Assembly (NCBI RefSeq): GCF_902652985.1
Contig: NC_047020.1
Coordinates: forward strand, 15,624,001-15,688,000
DNA length: 64,000 bases
Source of the DNA: Pecten maximus
Taxonomy: Eukaryota
Direction: 5' to 3'
The translations under genes were made by a program, and so were the position numbers. The notes beneath the pieces are model-generated. The model saw only the letters and a program-made list of their open reading frames with translations. It did no database searches and was not told the DNA's origin. Positions within the stretch are counted from its first letter, which is position 1, and the number at the start of each line of letters is the position of its first letter. Shown here in pieces: positions 12,801 to 23,991 of the stretch.

Positions 12801-13470
12801 AAAGTTTTAAAAGGATCTTTTTTGAAATTTCACATCTAGGTTTTTCGTTTGCATATCTGTCTGGTGTGTTTTGCAAATTGATTTGAAACCAAGATGGGAG
12901 ACAGACAACCATCTTTGCTAGGTGATGTTTGTTATCACTATTTCTTAGAAAAAAACATTGGATTATTCTCATACTTCATGTGTAGGTTGTTCATCCTTCC
13001 TAGTTAGTAGAATAAGGTACTGATCAGAAACGAAGATGATTGTTGATTAGTGCTTTCTTAGTCCGTCAAAGGAGACAAAGAACTTTAGGTGATCTCTTTT
13101 AGATTTGAAAATAAACTTAAAGAAGATACAAAATTATTATACCTTTTCGATGATTTTTTTCATACTAGTTGAAATTTTGATATTGTGTAAAAAAAATTTC
13201 TTGTGTATCTTTATAGATTTCAAAGACAACAGGACTACATCTCCAAAGAAAATGTTTCTGGCAAGAATGTGCCTAGGGGAAGCATATGTATCCAAGACTG
13301 CTAACAAGTACAGGCGACCTCCTTGCAAAGAGTGTTTCCAAGACAACTGTGCTCACAAAAAATTTTACGACAGTGTAGTAGGAGATGGGAAGTGGATCTT
13401 TCGGGAATTTGTTGTGTACGATCCACGGCAAAGTTACCCAGAATTCCTCATCACATATGTCAGGAAATGA
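832..13470 (+). CDS. Macrodomain-containing poly(ADP-ribose) polymerase (2 macrodomains + PARP catalytic domain; PARP14/15-like architecture, no WWE domain seen), ~742 aa
   Basis: Exons, all GT-AG and phase-consistent, total 2229 nt: 832-856, 2549-2634, 3756-3992, 4848-5069, 5647-5698, 6810-6901, 7669-7902, 10337-10570, 11671-12463, 13217-13470. Macro 1: EKADVIVTNSS..ALLEAAG..GEVAETNGGNL..SMVFPALGTG. Macro 2: QQADVLVNLTN..LSRAFLDAAG..SIAFPCFACG. PARP domain: NEHYLFHGT, MFGQGVYAAESSTKADQY, MFLARMCLG, YDSV, REFVVYDPRQSYPEFLITY. Confidence 0.92.
968..1521. repeat. 26-bp minisatellite (AACTAGGAGTTACAGCCTACCTTGAT)n, ~21 copies, PARP intron 1
   Basis: Tandem units visible directly, with no spacers. 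Confidence 0.95.
2020..2345. repeat. Degenerate ~10-bp tandem repeat (AGGATCATAG)n
   Basis: Recurrent aggatcatag/aggaccatag units. Confidence 0.8.
2953..3268. repeat. 21-30-bp minisatellite with palindromic core ATAACCATGGTTAT
   Basis: Units cagacataaccatggtta(ta)cct, with or without caatgat. Confidence 0.9.
3544..3652. repeat. Degenerate ~110-bp hairpin (ATAACATGTCATC...GATGATAACATGTTA), probable transposon remnant
   Basis: Imperfect inverted arms around a ctcttacgtt...aacgtagag apex. Confidence 0.5.
4099..4383. repeat. ~40-bp minisatellite (ATTAACAATCAACAGTGTGCTAAGTAAAAAAAGACAACAC)x7
   Basis: Tandem copies visible directly. Confidence 0.95.
5268..5280 (-). promoter_or_regulatory. Consensus IRF-E (CGAAAGTGAAAGT on - strand) in PARP intron 4
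   Basis: actttcactttcg at 5268-5280 is the reverse complement of the GAAAGTGAAAGT IRF1/2 consensus. Confidence 0.4.
7922..9240. repeat. 18-bp minisatellite (TTGACAACATTGTAATCT)n, ~70 copies, PARP intron 7
   Basis: Tandem units; explains the spurious repetitive VVKDYN / MLSKIT ORFs. Confidence 0.97.
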
Positions 13471-13713
13471 TTATATTTTTGTGACAGACATATTATGTAC
13501 ATGACTTATATTTTACTCATATACAAGTGTAATTATTTATTTAGAGTAATTCATATGTTTTTATATTTACATATTGATTTTTAATGTTTATTCACATAAA
13601 TACATGTTGTTATCTCAATTTTAAGAGTGTTCATTTATATCTTGATTACGATACAATTTATCCTGCAGATAAAAGTTGTTTTTATAACTTTCATACTATT
13701 TATACATGTTTGA

Positions 13714-13719
13714 AATAAA
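13714..13719 (+). other. Candidate polyadenylation signal of the PARP gene
   Basis: AATAAA about 245 nt after the stop codon, in an AT-rich 3' region. Confidence 0.45.
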
Positions 13720-13934
13720 CAGTTTTCATCCAATTTATATATAATAGTTTTATCCTATTATAGGTTGCATGACCTTTTCCAATCCTCCTTTGTCCGTTGT
13801 TCTTCGTTAGTTTTCACATTTTCATATTTTTAACTCCTAAGCAAATTTTAATGATATTTTGTGATAATTCGTGCACAATTTTGCTCTGTTGCCAAACCAG
13901 GTATGTTGTATTGCTGTTTATACATTGTAAGAAC

Positions 13935-14602
13935 TATACCACAACAAAGTTAGGGGGGTATACTGGAATCAGGTTGTCCGTCCGTCCGTCCGTCCGGCCG
14001 TCCGGCCGTCTGTAGACGCATTTTGTCCAGACAACTCCTCCTAAACCGATGGGCAAATTCCGATGAAACTTCACACAAATATTAATGATCATGTGTATAG
14101 ATGTGCATGCCACTTTATTTTTCTCAAAATTATGGTTGCTATGGCAACTGGTCACTATAAACAGGTTTTCCGATAAGAACCATAACTTTAAGTTTGTCCG
14201 GACAACTCCTCCTACACTAAATGGCCAATTTCAATGAAACTTCACACAAATATAGAAGACCATGTGTAGATGTGCATGCCACTTTCTTTTTTTTCAAAAT
14301 TATGGTTGCTATGGCAACTGCTCACTATAAACAGGTTTTCTGATAAGAACCATAACTTTAAGTTTGTCTGGACAACTCCTAAACTAAATGGCCGATTTCA
14401 ATAAAACTTCACACAAATATAGAGGACCATGTGTAGATGTGCATGCCACTTTATTTTTTTTTTCAAAATTATGGTTGCTATGGCAACTGGTCACTATATT
14501 ACTGGGTTATCTTAGTTGACCTCTAATTAACAGTTCCAATTCACCATTGACTCATGCAGATTGCGGGGGTATTAGTCAGCCATCCTGGCGACAGTTCTAG
14601 TT
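13935..14602 (+). mobile_element. Non-autonomous Helentron-associated (HINE/DINE-1/pearl-like) element
   Basis: 5' block followed by a (GTCC)n microsatellite, three ~171-bp internal tandem repeats, and a 3' GGGGGTATT plus short hairpin (gtcagcca..tggcgac) ending CTAGTT. Confidence 0.75.
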
Positions 14603-15520
14603 AGAATTATAACCACTGAGATGAGTTTGAAACATTTTTAATCTGTCTCACCCTTAGGGACTACAAAGGGGCAGGACCAAAAGTGTCAAAATGGCTTTAA
14701 TTTCAACAATTTTCTTCTCCAGGTTTAGATATATTATATGCAGAATTATTCTTATTATACATGAAAGTATGGAAGATGCTATAATATTGATACTGTAATT
14801 GTACTTCACTGCTGTACTTCATGCTGCCCCCTCTTGAGATGGGATGAAATGTAGTTTGAAATGGGTGTCGTGTTTAAACTTTTATCCCATTTATTTGTCC
14901 ACAATCATCAGATTGTGGGCTTTTCAAATCACCCTGCGTCTGTGGTCCGTTTTCTCAATCTGTTGTCCATCCATAAACAATCCTTGTTATCACTATTTCT
15001 TGAAAGGTACTGGAGGGATATTTCTCAAACTTCATGTGTAGGTTCCCCTTTGTACCTAGTTGTGCCATATCTATATAGTTTTTGGTCAGAAAAACAAAAT
15101 GGTTGATGGGTGGCCATCTTGGACTTTGAGAATTGATGTTTGTTATCACTATTTCTTGAAAATTACTGGAGGGATATTCCTCAAACTTCATGTGTAGATT
15201 TTCCTTTGTCCCTTGTTGTGCCAATTTAATTCATAATTTTGATTAGAAAATCAAAATGGCTGCCAGGTGGCCATATTAGATTTTGAGAATTGAAGTTTGT
15301 TATCCCTTTATTCTTTAAAAGAACTGAATTAAGGGATGTTTTTGAAGTTCACATGCAGGTTCCACATGTTCATATTATCAGATAATTAAGAGGAAAAGAG
15401 GAAAGAAGGAAAAAGTAGAGAGAAGATCAATCTGACATAAAACTAATAAAGATCAATTGACATTCAATGGTGGGCACAAAGATCCCTTTGAAATATCTTG
15501 TATATAAACTTCCATATTCT

Positions 15521-15738
15521 CGCGGTGGCCGAGTGGTTAAGGTGTCCCGGCACTTTATTACTAGCCCTCCACCTCTGGGTTGCGAGTTTGAGACCTACGT
15601 GGGGCAGTTGCCAGATACTGACCGTAGGCCGGTGGTTTTTCTCCGGGTACTCCGGCTTTCCTCCACCTCCAAGACCTGGCACGTCCTTAAATGACCCTGG
15701 CTGTTAATAGGACGTTAAACAAAACAAACCAAACCAAA
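15521..15738 (+). mobile_element. tRNA-derived SINE with V-domain-like core
   Basis: A box TGGCCGAGTGG, degenerate B box GAGTTTGAGACC, core GGTTTTCTCCGGGTACTCCGGCTTTCCTCC, tail GTCCTTAAATGACCCTGGCTGTTAATAGGACGTTAAAC followed by (AAACC)n. Confidence 0.85.
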
Positions 15739-15754
15739 TCCATATTGTTTTGAT

Positions 15755-16960
15755 AAACAAGAGGCCCAGAGGGCCTGTATCGCTCACCTGGTTTCATGAG
15801 ATATGAAACAAGAATGATGCTTAAGTATATTTGTTGCTGGTATTGCTATGTCAATATATATCATAAGCATTTTATATGGGAACATGTACATTGGTTTTAT
15901 TTTAATACTAAAAATGCCAAAAGTGCATTAATCCATGAAATGAAATTGACTTTTGGTGCTACCCCATAGGGATCCTACCACACAAATGTGAGTGATATCC
16001 ATTGCTTAGTTTCAGAGAAGTTGTTTAAACAAATTGACCAATTTTGGCCCCACCCCTCAGACCCCTGGGGGGTCAGCCCCACCATTTGTACAATTTTTAA
16101 TCCCCACCCCATAGGGATGCTACCAGTAAAATATGAGCGATATCCATTGCTTAGTTTTATATCAATTCTGCAAACTGACCCCTTTTGGACCCGCCCCTCA
16201 GCTCCCAGGGGGGTCGGCCCCGTCATTTGTACAATTTCAAATTAATTCCTACCCCAAGGTGATGCTACCAGTAAAATATGAGAGATATCCATTGCTTGGT
16301 TCAGGAGAAGAAGTCAATTATATGAATATAGCCCGACTGACCAAATTCGGCCCCGCCCCTCAGGCCCCTGGGGGGTCAGCCCCATCATTTGTACAATTTT
16401 GAATCCCCACCTATAGCCGGATTGACCACATTCGGCCCCGCCCCTCAGGCCCCTGGGGGGTCAGCCCCATCATTTGTACAATTTTGAATCCCCACCCCAT
16501 AGTGATGCTACCAGGCAAATATGAGCGATAGCTATTGCTTGATTCAGGAGAAGAAGTCAATTATATGAATATAGCCCGATTGACCACATTCGGCCCCGCC
16601 CCTCAGGTCCCTGGGGGGTCAGCCCCATCATTTGTACAATTTTGAATCCCCACCCCATAGTGATGCTACCAGGGAAATATGAGAGATAGCCATTGCTTGG
16701 TTTCAGAGAAGAAGTCGTTTATATAAATAGCGCCAAATTGACCCCTTTTGGCCCCGCCCCAGAGGCCCCCAGGGGGTCAGCCCTATCATTTGTACAATTT
16801 TGAGTCCCCTACCCATAGGGGTGCTTCTGACCAAATTTGTGCAAATTCCAATCAGCGCTTATGAAGAAGAAGTCAAATAAGTCAATTGTTGACGGACGGA
16901 CGGACGACAGACGGACGGACGACGGACGACAGACGCCACGGTATGGCATAAGCTCACCTT
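15755..16960 (-). mobile_element. HINE-like element with GC-rich internal tandem repeats
   Basis: End hairpin AACAAGAGGCCCAGAGGGCCTGTATCGCTCACCTG, (GACG)n microsatellite at ~16891-16935, repeated cggccccgcccctcaggcccctggggggtcagcccc units. Confidence 0.75.
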
Positions 16961-17419
16961 TCTAACAAATTTTCTTCTACTTCAGATATGATAATTGTTT
17001 TCATCTATATACATCTATGTTGATTTCCTCTCAGTCTTAAACCTGATGTCTTTCAAACTTAGTAGACATTATGATAATTATATGTAGATCTGTTTTCCAA
17101 AGCAACATTTTCATTCAACAGTTTGAAATTGGTCATTGTATATTTCAGTGTTTGTCTGCAGATTTTCCAACTTCATTTTAAACTGGTCTCTAAGAATGTA
17201 TGTATGATTTGTTATCATCAACACATAGTTATAGTTTTCTCATCAGCATTTCCATAGAACATTTCTTCTTACATTAAATTTCTGTATTTCATGCACTGGC
17301 ATCAGAAAGGCATAAAGTGTTCTGTTCTGTTCATCCCCTGTTATATTGTAAGATGTTGTAAGTATAATGTAGAGATCTGTTAGGCCTGGGCTTCACATCA
17401 ATATGTGATTGTCCATTAG

Positions 17420-18595
17420 TAACCATGTTGTTGGTCCATCTACCTTGTCCAATAGTAACCACTTTGTTTGTCCGTCTACCTTTTCAAATTGTAACCACTT
17501 TGTTTGTCCATCTACCTTGTCCAATAGTAACCACTTTGTTGGTCCATCTATCTTTTCCAATAGTAACCACTTTGTTTGTCCATCTATCTTGTCCAATAGT
17601 AACCACTTTGTTGGTCCATCTATCTTTTCCAATAGTAACCACTTTGTTTGTCCATCTACCTTGTCCAATAGTAACCACTTTGTTGGTCCATCTACCTCCA
17701 ATAGTAACCACTTTGTTAGTCCATCTAACTTGTCCAATAGTAACAACTTTGTCCATCCACCTTTTCCAATAGTAACAACTTTGTTAGTCCATCTACCTTG
17801 TCCAATAGTAACAACTTTGTCAATCTACTTTGTCCAATAGAAACAACTTTGTCGTCCCTCTACCTTGTCCAATAATAACAACTTTGTCGTCCCTCTACCT
17901 TTTCCAATAGTAACCACTTTGTCCATCTATCTTGTCCAATAGTAACAACTTTGTCCATCTATCTTGTCCAATAGTAACAACTTTGTCGTCCCTCTAGCTT
18001 GTCCAGTAGTAACTACTTTGTTACTCTACCTCCTCCAATAGTAACCATTTAGTTTGTCCATCTACCATGTCCAATAGTAACCACTTTGTTGGTCCATTTA
18101 CCTTGTCCAATAGTAACCACTTTGTTTGTCCATCTATCTTGTCCAATAGTAACCACTTTGTTTGTCCATCTACTTTGTCCAATAGTAACCACTTTGTTGG
18201 TCCATCTATCTTGTCCAATAGTAACCACTTTGTTGGTCCATCTATCTTGTCCAATAGTAACAACTATGTCCATCTACCTTGTCCAACAGTAACCACTTTG
18301 TTGGTCCATCTATCTTGTCCAATAGTAACCACTTTGTTGGTCCATCTATCTTGTCCAATAGTTACCACTTTGTTTGTCTATCTACCTTGTACAATAGTAA
18401 CCACTTTGTCCATCTACCTTGTCCAATGGTAACCACTTTGTTGGTCCATCTATCTTGTCCAATAGTAACCACTTTGTCCATCTATCTTGTCCAATAGTTA
18501 CCACTTTGTTTGTCCATTTATCTTGTCAAATAGTAACCTCTTTGTTTGTCCATTTATCTTGTCCAATAGTATCTACTTTGTTGGTCTATCTACCT
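17420..18595. repeat. 32-36-bp minisatellite (CCAATAGTAACCACTTTGTTGGTCCATCTACCTTGT)n
   Basis: Tandem units; source of several spurious repetitive ORFs. Confidence 0.95.
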
Positions 18596-20000
18596 AGCAA
18601 TTAACAGAGCCATATGTAGACATAAAACTTGAACGAACTACCTAAGGCCATTTACAAATTCTTGGTTTTGTTGACTTTAATCAACTTTGATTTCTTTTAT
18701 TGCAGTCATTGTAATTTCTTAGAAATGAAAGAGTATTGAGTTAAAATTTTGGTTAGACAACATGTTATTCCAGAATGAGTAATCTTTGAGGTTCAAGATT
18801 ATAGATAGAATTTAAAATTATCAGTAAATGTTGAGGTGAAAGTTTGGTATGATAACATATTTACAAATCAAGTACATCTTGTACACATATTTGTTTTAAC
18901 CAACCTAAAGTTCGAGGTCACATGTCAAGGTAAATAAAAGTAAAATGCAGTTATAATCTCAAAAGGCCATTGGGTAATTTACTAGGGATATTTGATTTTA
19001 ATAAAACACCTGACTTTAATATTTACCTGTTATCTTATCTTTGCTTTCAGATATTATCCATCAAATATTTTATTAAGTTTTGTATGACTTACACCTGAGA
19101 GGGCTGTGAGTAAAATTTTCAATTTGTTATACAAGAGTATAATTATAACAATAATACTTATTCTAATAGACTTTCAGGTCGATAACACTGAGTCAGAAAC
19201 TCTTCTAGCAAGTGGCCGACAATAAAATGTACAATATTTACAGCAGGCATTTACTTCAGGTTTGTGTTTCTGATATTATTGTTGAAAATTATAAATGAAT
19301 AAGTAAAAAAAAAGCATAATGTCCAAGTTGTTTTCTCTTCATTTACACATCAGTAATTGTAATAAGCTTATATTGGTGTTTTCTATTCATTCCCAATTGT
19401 GTTGGTACAGTTGAGTGTAGACTAAAGGTTAATACACCCAAGTGCACTCCGAGTGCATTCCGTTTGGACTCCTAGGTAAACTTGGAGTGCACTCCGAGCG
19501 GACTCCGAGTCTACCTGGAGTCCTTTAAGACACCATGTCTGCCCGGGTCTATAATCAGGCTATATCATATATATATTAATACTTTGATGTTTTTAATATA
19601 ATTTATACATAAATAAATAGATTTTTACAAATTACTTTTGTTCTGTTAATATTACTATAAACATTTGTTTAGTCTACTAGGAAATTAGGAATATTTGTTT
19701 TATTGTTAATACATTGTATTATGATGCCTACATGTTAAATTAATATTGATTATGATCCATAAAAGACAGCTATACAATTTATGCTATAATCAGGTTTCTT
19801 TGAAATTTTATTGCTTATTATTTCATATTTTATTAAAATGTAATTAAATTGGATTTCATTTTATTACGGAATTGAAAACCAAATTATTATTTCAATATTT
19901 ATTTCTGAACATATATCATGCGGATCCAGGGGGGGTCAGGATTCAAATTCATACAAAGAAGCTCGAGGGGCAGGGCCAAAGGGGGTCCATGAGGTAATAA

Positions 20001-20220
20001 TTTGGTTTATTTTGTTTAACGTCCTATCAACAGCCATGCATGGTCATTTAAGGACGTGGCTGGTTTTGGAGGTGGAGGAAAGCTGGAGTAATCAGATAAA
20101 AATCACCAACCTATTGTCAGTATCTGGCAACTGCCCCGCGTGGGTTTCGAACTCACAACCCAGAGGTGGAGGGCTCGTGATAAAGTGTCTGAACACCATA
20201 ACCATTCGGCCACAGTGGCC
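20001..20220 (-). mobile_element. Diverged inverted copy of the 15521 SINE family
   Basis: Reverse complement contains ggccactgtggccgaatggtta, gagttcgaaaccc and the tail gtccttaaatgacc..ggctgttgataggacgttaaac. Confidence 0.8.
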
Positions 20221-20289
20221 CTACCATTTAGTAATACAACGAATTGTTATATAATGACTTCTTTAAACTTAGCTATACATATTTATATT

Positions 20290-20719
20290 ACAGTGGAAGC
20301 ATCCCCAGGTGGTCGGGATTCAAATTTTTACAAATGATGGGACTGACCCCCAGAAGCCTGAGGGATGGGACCAATATTGATATTAACTACTTCTTCTCTG
20401 GAACTAAGCAATGTATGATATTTATATTTCATTGGCAGCATCCCTAGATGGCTGGGCTTCAAATTTATAAAAATGATGGGGCTGACCCTCCAGGAGCCTC
20501 AGGGGCAGGCCAAAAACTGGCAGTTCTGCTCTAATTATGTAAACCAAGTTCAATTAATTTCCTTTAAGTCTTCATTTGAATCAGAAAGCTATTTGTTCAT
20601 TAATTACATTACTGAATGGCACTGTACCAACACTGGAAAAGTTTGTATAATTTAAGTTAGTTTTTTGTCATATTTGCTGACATCCAGGTGAGTGATACAG
20701 GCCCTCTGGGCCTCTTGTT
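20290..20719 (+). mobile_element. 3' part of a HINE-like element (same family as 15755)
   Basis: Ends CAGGTGAGTGATACAGGCCCTCTGGGCCTCTTGTT, the reverse complement of the 15755 end. Confidence 0.65.
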
Positions 20720-22369
20720 ATTGATATTTTACTCTGAAGTCAGGAAGTGAAACATACAAATGTATGTGCATGAAGAAAAATTCTAACTTTGACTGTCTTT
20801 GCATCGTCACAACACCAACAAGACATACTCTGTCTCAGGACTAGCTGGGGTTTCTGACGATGGTGCATTCACCAAGCTTTGTTAACTCCAAATTATAAAC
20901 CTTGAGATATCATACCAATTCAAACCAATTTTACAGCCCTTTTGATATATTGACAGCCGATACAATAAAGAGGACTTATTAAACAACCTGGTTAAAATAT
21001 TACAAGGTCATTTTTTATTACCATCTTCGTATGAAAATGAGGACATAGATAATGTCAGGAATATCCCGATAAATCACACACAGATAATTTTGGAGGATAA
21101 TTGAGCTGCAAAAATATAACCAGAGAATGTGATGAGATGACTCAATCAAAAAAACATATTCCCTTTCTTCCTACAACAGTTTACGAATAATAGAAATCAT
21201 TACCATTGTCCAGATAAAAATACCTGGCTGCTCCTTAAATCCAGAGCAGCAATGGTCATTGTGTTTATCTTTCTACCTTTACTGTTAGTTTGTCTCAGAA
21301 ATGCATAAAAAATGGCTCCCATGGAACAGAAATATATCTACAATTAACACAAAAATAAACGAAGAAATAAAAGTGTCTTTGGGATGCAACTACAACTATT
21401 TATATTTACTTCTAATGTGAAAGATACATAAGACAGGTTCTTTGAGCTGAAAACAAATTGCTGACTGGCAGCCACTCTGGATTTTGAGTTGTAAGTGGAT
21501 ATAACTATTTCTCAGTTCGAGGACAGCCTCCCCTGAGTGCATGATATGCAAGTGTGTCAGTGTTTTGGGAGGCTGCAACATGTTTGAGTGAGCGGTATCC
21601 GTTTTGCAGCCATACTCAAATTAAGGGCCCACAACTGAAAATTACTAAAGACTGCCTGTAGATGAGAGACAATTTGATAAACCAACTATGTGGCTAAAAA
21701 TGTCATTTGCGTACCCAGTCATATAAATATGTTTGCGTATATGTTGCAGACATGTACAATATTCATTTTGTTTTGAAACTTTGAAGCATTATGGTTGTTA
21801 CATTAAACAACGATTCAACTGACCAAAGATCAATGTCTCTGGGTCAAAGGTCGAGATTAAATTAGTATTTTTCCACTGTTTAATATTTTGTTAAAATGCT
21901 TTGAAGCAATGTTGGTTAGAAGGTCTCTTGCAAGCAAATCAGTAAGTGTTGTATGGGAAAGTAGTCTGGTAAGAAAATCAAGTGGTATTTTGATTCAAAT
22001 CTTAAGACGTAATGTTGACATATCAGATATTTATTTGATGTAGACGTATATATATATTCCAAACTGTCAGAATATACTGATTTTTTTTGCTGTACTGAGA
22101 TGTACATCCTGATGGAATCACACAGGTGTAAAATTACCAGGTATTTTCCCAAAATAGCACCCGTTGTGCATGCAAACATCTGGTATCGCAGCATGGAGAC
22201 CTGTCAAATCCTTAAAGGGCTTTTAAACTTGTCAAATGTTGGGTTTTAAATTGTGTAACAGGTTTGTATCTATAACTTCAGGCATTTGTGGCTTGAAATT
22301 AACTTCAAATGAATACATTATAGGTTTAAATCATTAGTAATAAAATATAGCGGCTGATTTACTTGTGTG

Positions 22370-23085
22370 TGACCAAGAATTAAAGGAGTCAACTGTCTTA
22401 CGGTCAAGGTTACAGGGTCAAAGGTCCAGGTAATTTTTTTTCCATGGCATGATGAAGCAAAGATGTTCATAATTAAACAAGGAATCAACAGACAAGAGGT
22501 AAAGATCATTGGGTCAGAGGTCTAGGTCACTGGGTCAAAGGGTAAAGTCACTTTTTGTAGCTTTTCACTGATGAACATTATGTTATAACACTTTGAAGCA
22601 ATTTTGGTCAGGATTAAACAAAGAGTTAACTGACCAAAAGTCAAGGTCAAATTTTCTACAATTTCAGTGATTTTTTGTGACACTATGAAGCAATGTTGGT
22701 TGGATTTCAACAAGGAGTCAACCTGACTTAAATTCAAGGTCATTGGGTCAAAGGTCAAGGTCCAAATTTCTTTCTATCTTTTCACTTACCAGGGTAAATA
22801 CTTTTTGTGATATTATGAAGTTAAGTTAGTGGGAATTTGACAAGAAACCAACTGATTTAAAGTCAAGGTCACTGGTTCAATTTAGTGATGAACATTTTGT
22901 TATGCAATTATGAAGCAAAGTTGATCATAGCTAAACAAGGAGCCGACTGACCAAAGACCAAAGGTTTAAGGTCAATGTCAAATTTAGTATTTTTCACAGA
23001 TGAACATTTTGTTCAGATATTATCAAGCAAAATTGGTCTAAATTAAAGGATAAGTCAACTGACGAAAGATCAAGGTTACTGGATT
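22370..23085. repeat. Degenerate ~120-bp repeats rich in TCAAGGTCA; a related array lies at 30490-31040
   Basis: Recurrent aaggagtcaactgac..tcaaggtcactgggtcaaaggtcaagg..ttttcactgatgaacatttt units at both loci. Confidence 0.65.
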
Positions 23086-23991
23086 ATAGTTTGTTTGTTG
23101 GGTATATAGTGATATGTTCAGGCAGGAACTCCTTGTAGTAGATAATGGCTTCCTCATTGTACAACATATGGGAGGTCTGCTGCATACCATCCAGAGGAGT
23201 TAAGATTGTCTTTCTGAAGTGTCTGTTTCTTAGCTTATTAAGAAACACATACCGCCAAGGGTAGGGAGTATTGAAACACTCAACTGGGATCTTAACTTGA
23301 GGTTATTTGACCAACACAGCTAACCAACTGAGCTATCGCAGCCCTCAAGGTCAAGGTAATTTGGGTCCAAAGTTCAAAGACAAAGTGGATCTCTGACTAT
23401 GACCATGCATGGCTCTTGTGAAATTAAATTTATATGGGCGGATGTCTTTTTATGATTATGGGGGATATATTGCCACAATACTGACCTGTCAGTGTTCTAT
23501 TTTTTTTTTTTAATGACTTGACACTTCCAATGCCATAAATAGGATATACAGTTCTGATTTTCGATATTGAAAAGTTCTAGTAATAGATCTAGAACAGTAA
23601 ATTGGCATCTGACATCTCAAATATAATCAACAGATTATAGGCTAGTGTTTCAAGAAATGAATGAAAACTACTGGTATGAAATAAATACTGTATCCAAAAT
23701 TCAGTACCAGTTATGAGGATAAGATCTGTAAATTGATCATGTCTGTCCCATCACTATATCAGTAAACACACTACAGTCAGATACCAGTGGATAAGTCATC
23801 TTATATCTGAAAGCTAAACCCTATTCATAATAAAAACAATAACTTGATAGAAACAAACGTCTTTTATTTACATAAATACACAGTACATTCAGTCATTTCA
23901 CTTACATCCAATTAAAACTGATCAGTAAACGAAGTAAATCAATTAAACTGTCTAATTTACAGTTCATATTTCCTATATCACACTTCTTTCA

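Noticed and set aside
15521-15610. Possible tRNA gene
   Set aside because: A/B boxes run directly into SINE core and tail, the B box is degenerate, and a diverged copy exists at 20001-20220.
17393-18604. Cluster of repetitive ORFs on both strands
   Set aside because: All derive from the 32-36-bp minisatellite.
20900-21720. Unique-looking intergenic stretch with a - strand acceptor near 21340
   Set aside because: The frames I translated close quickly and gave no recognisable protein or RNA motif.
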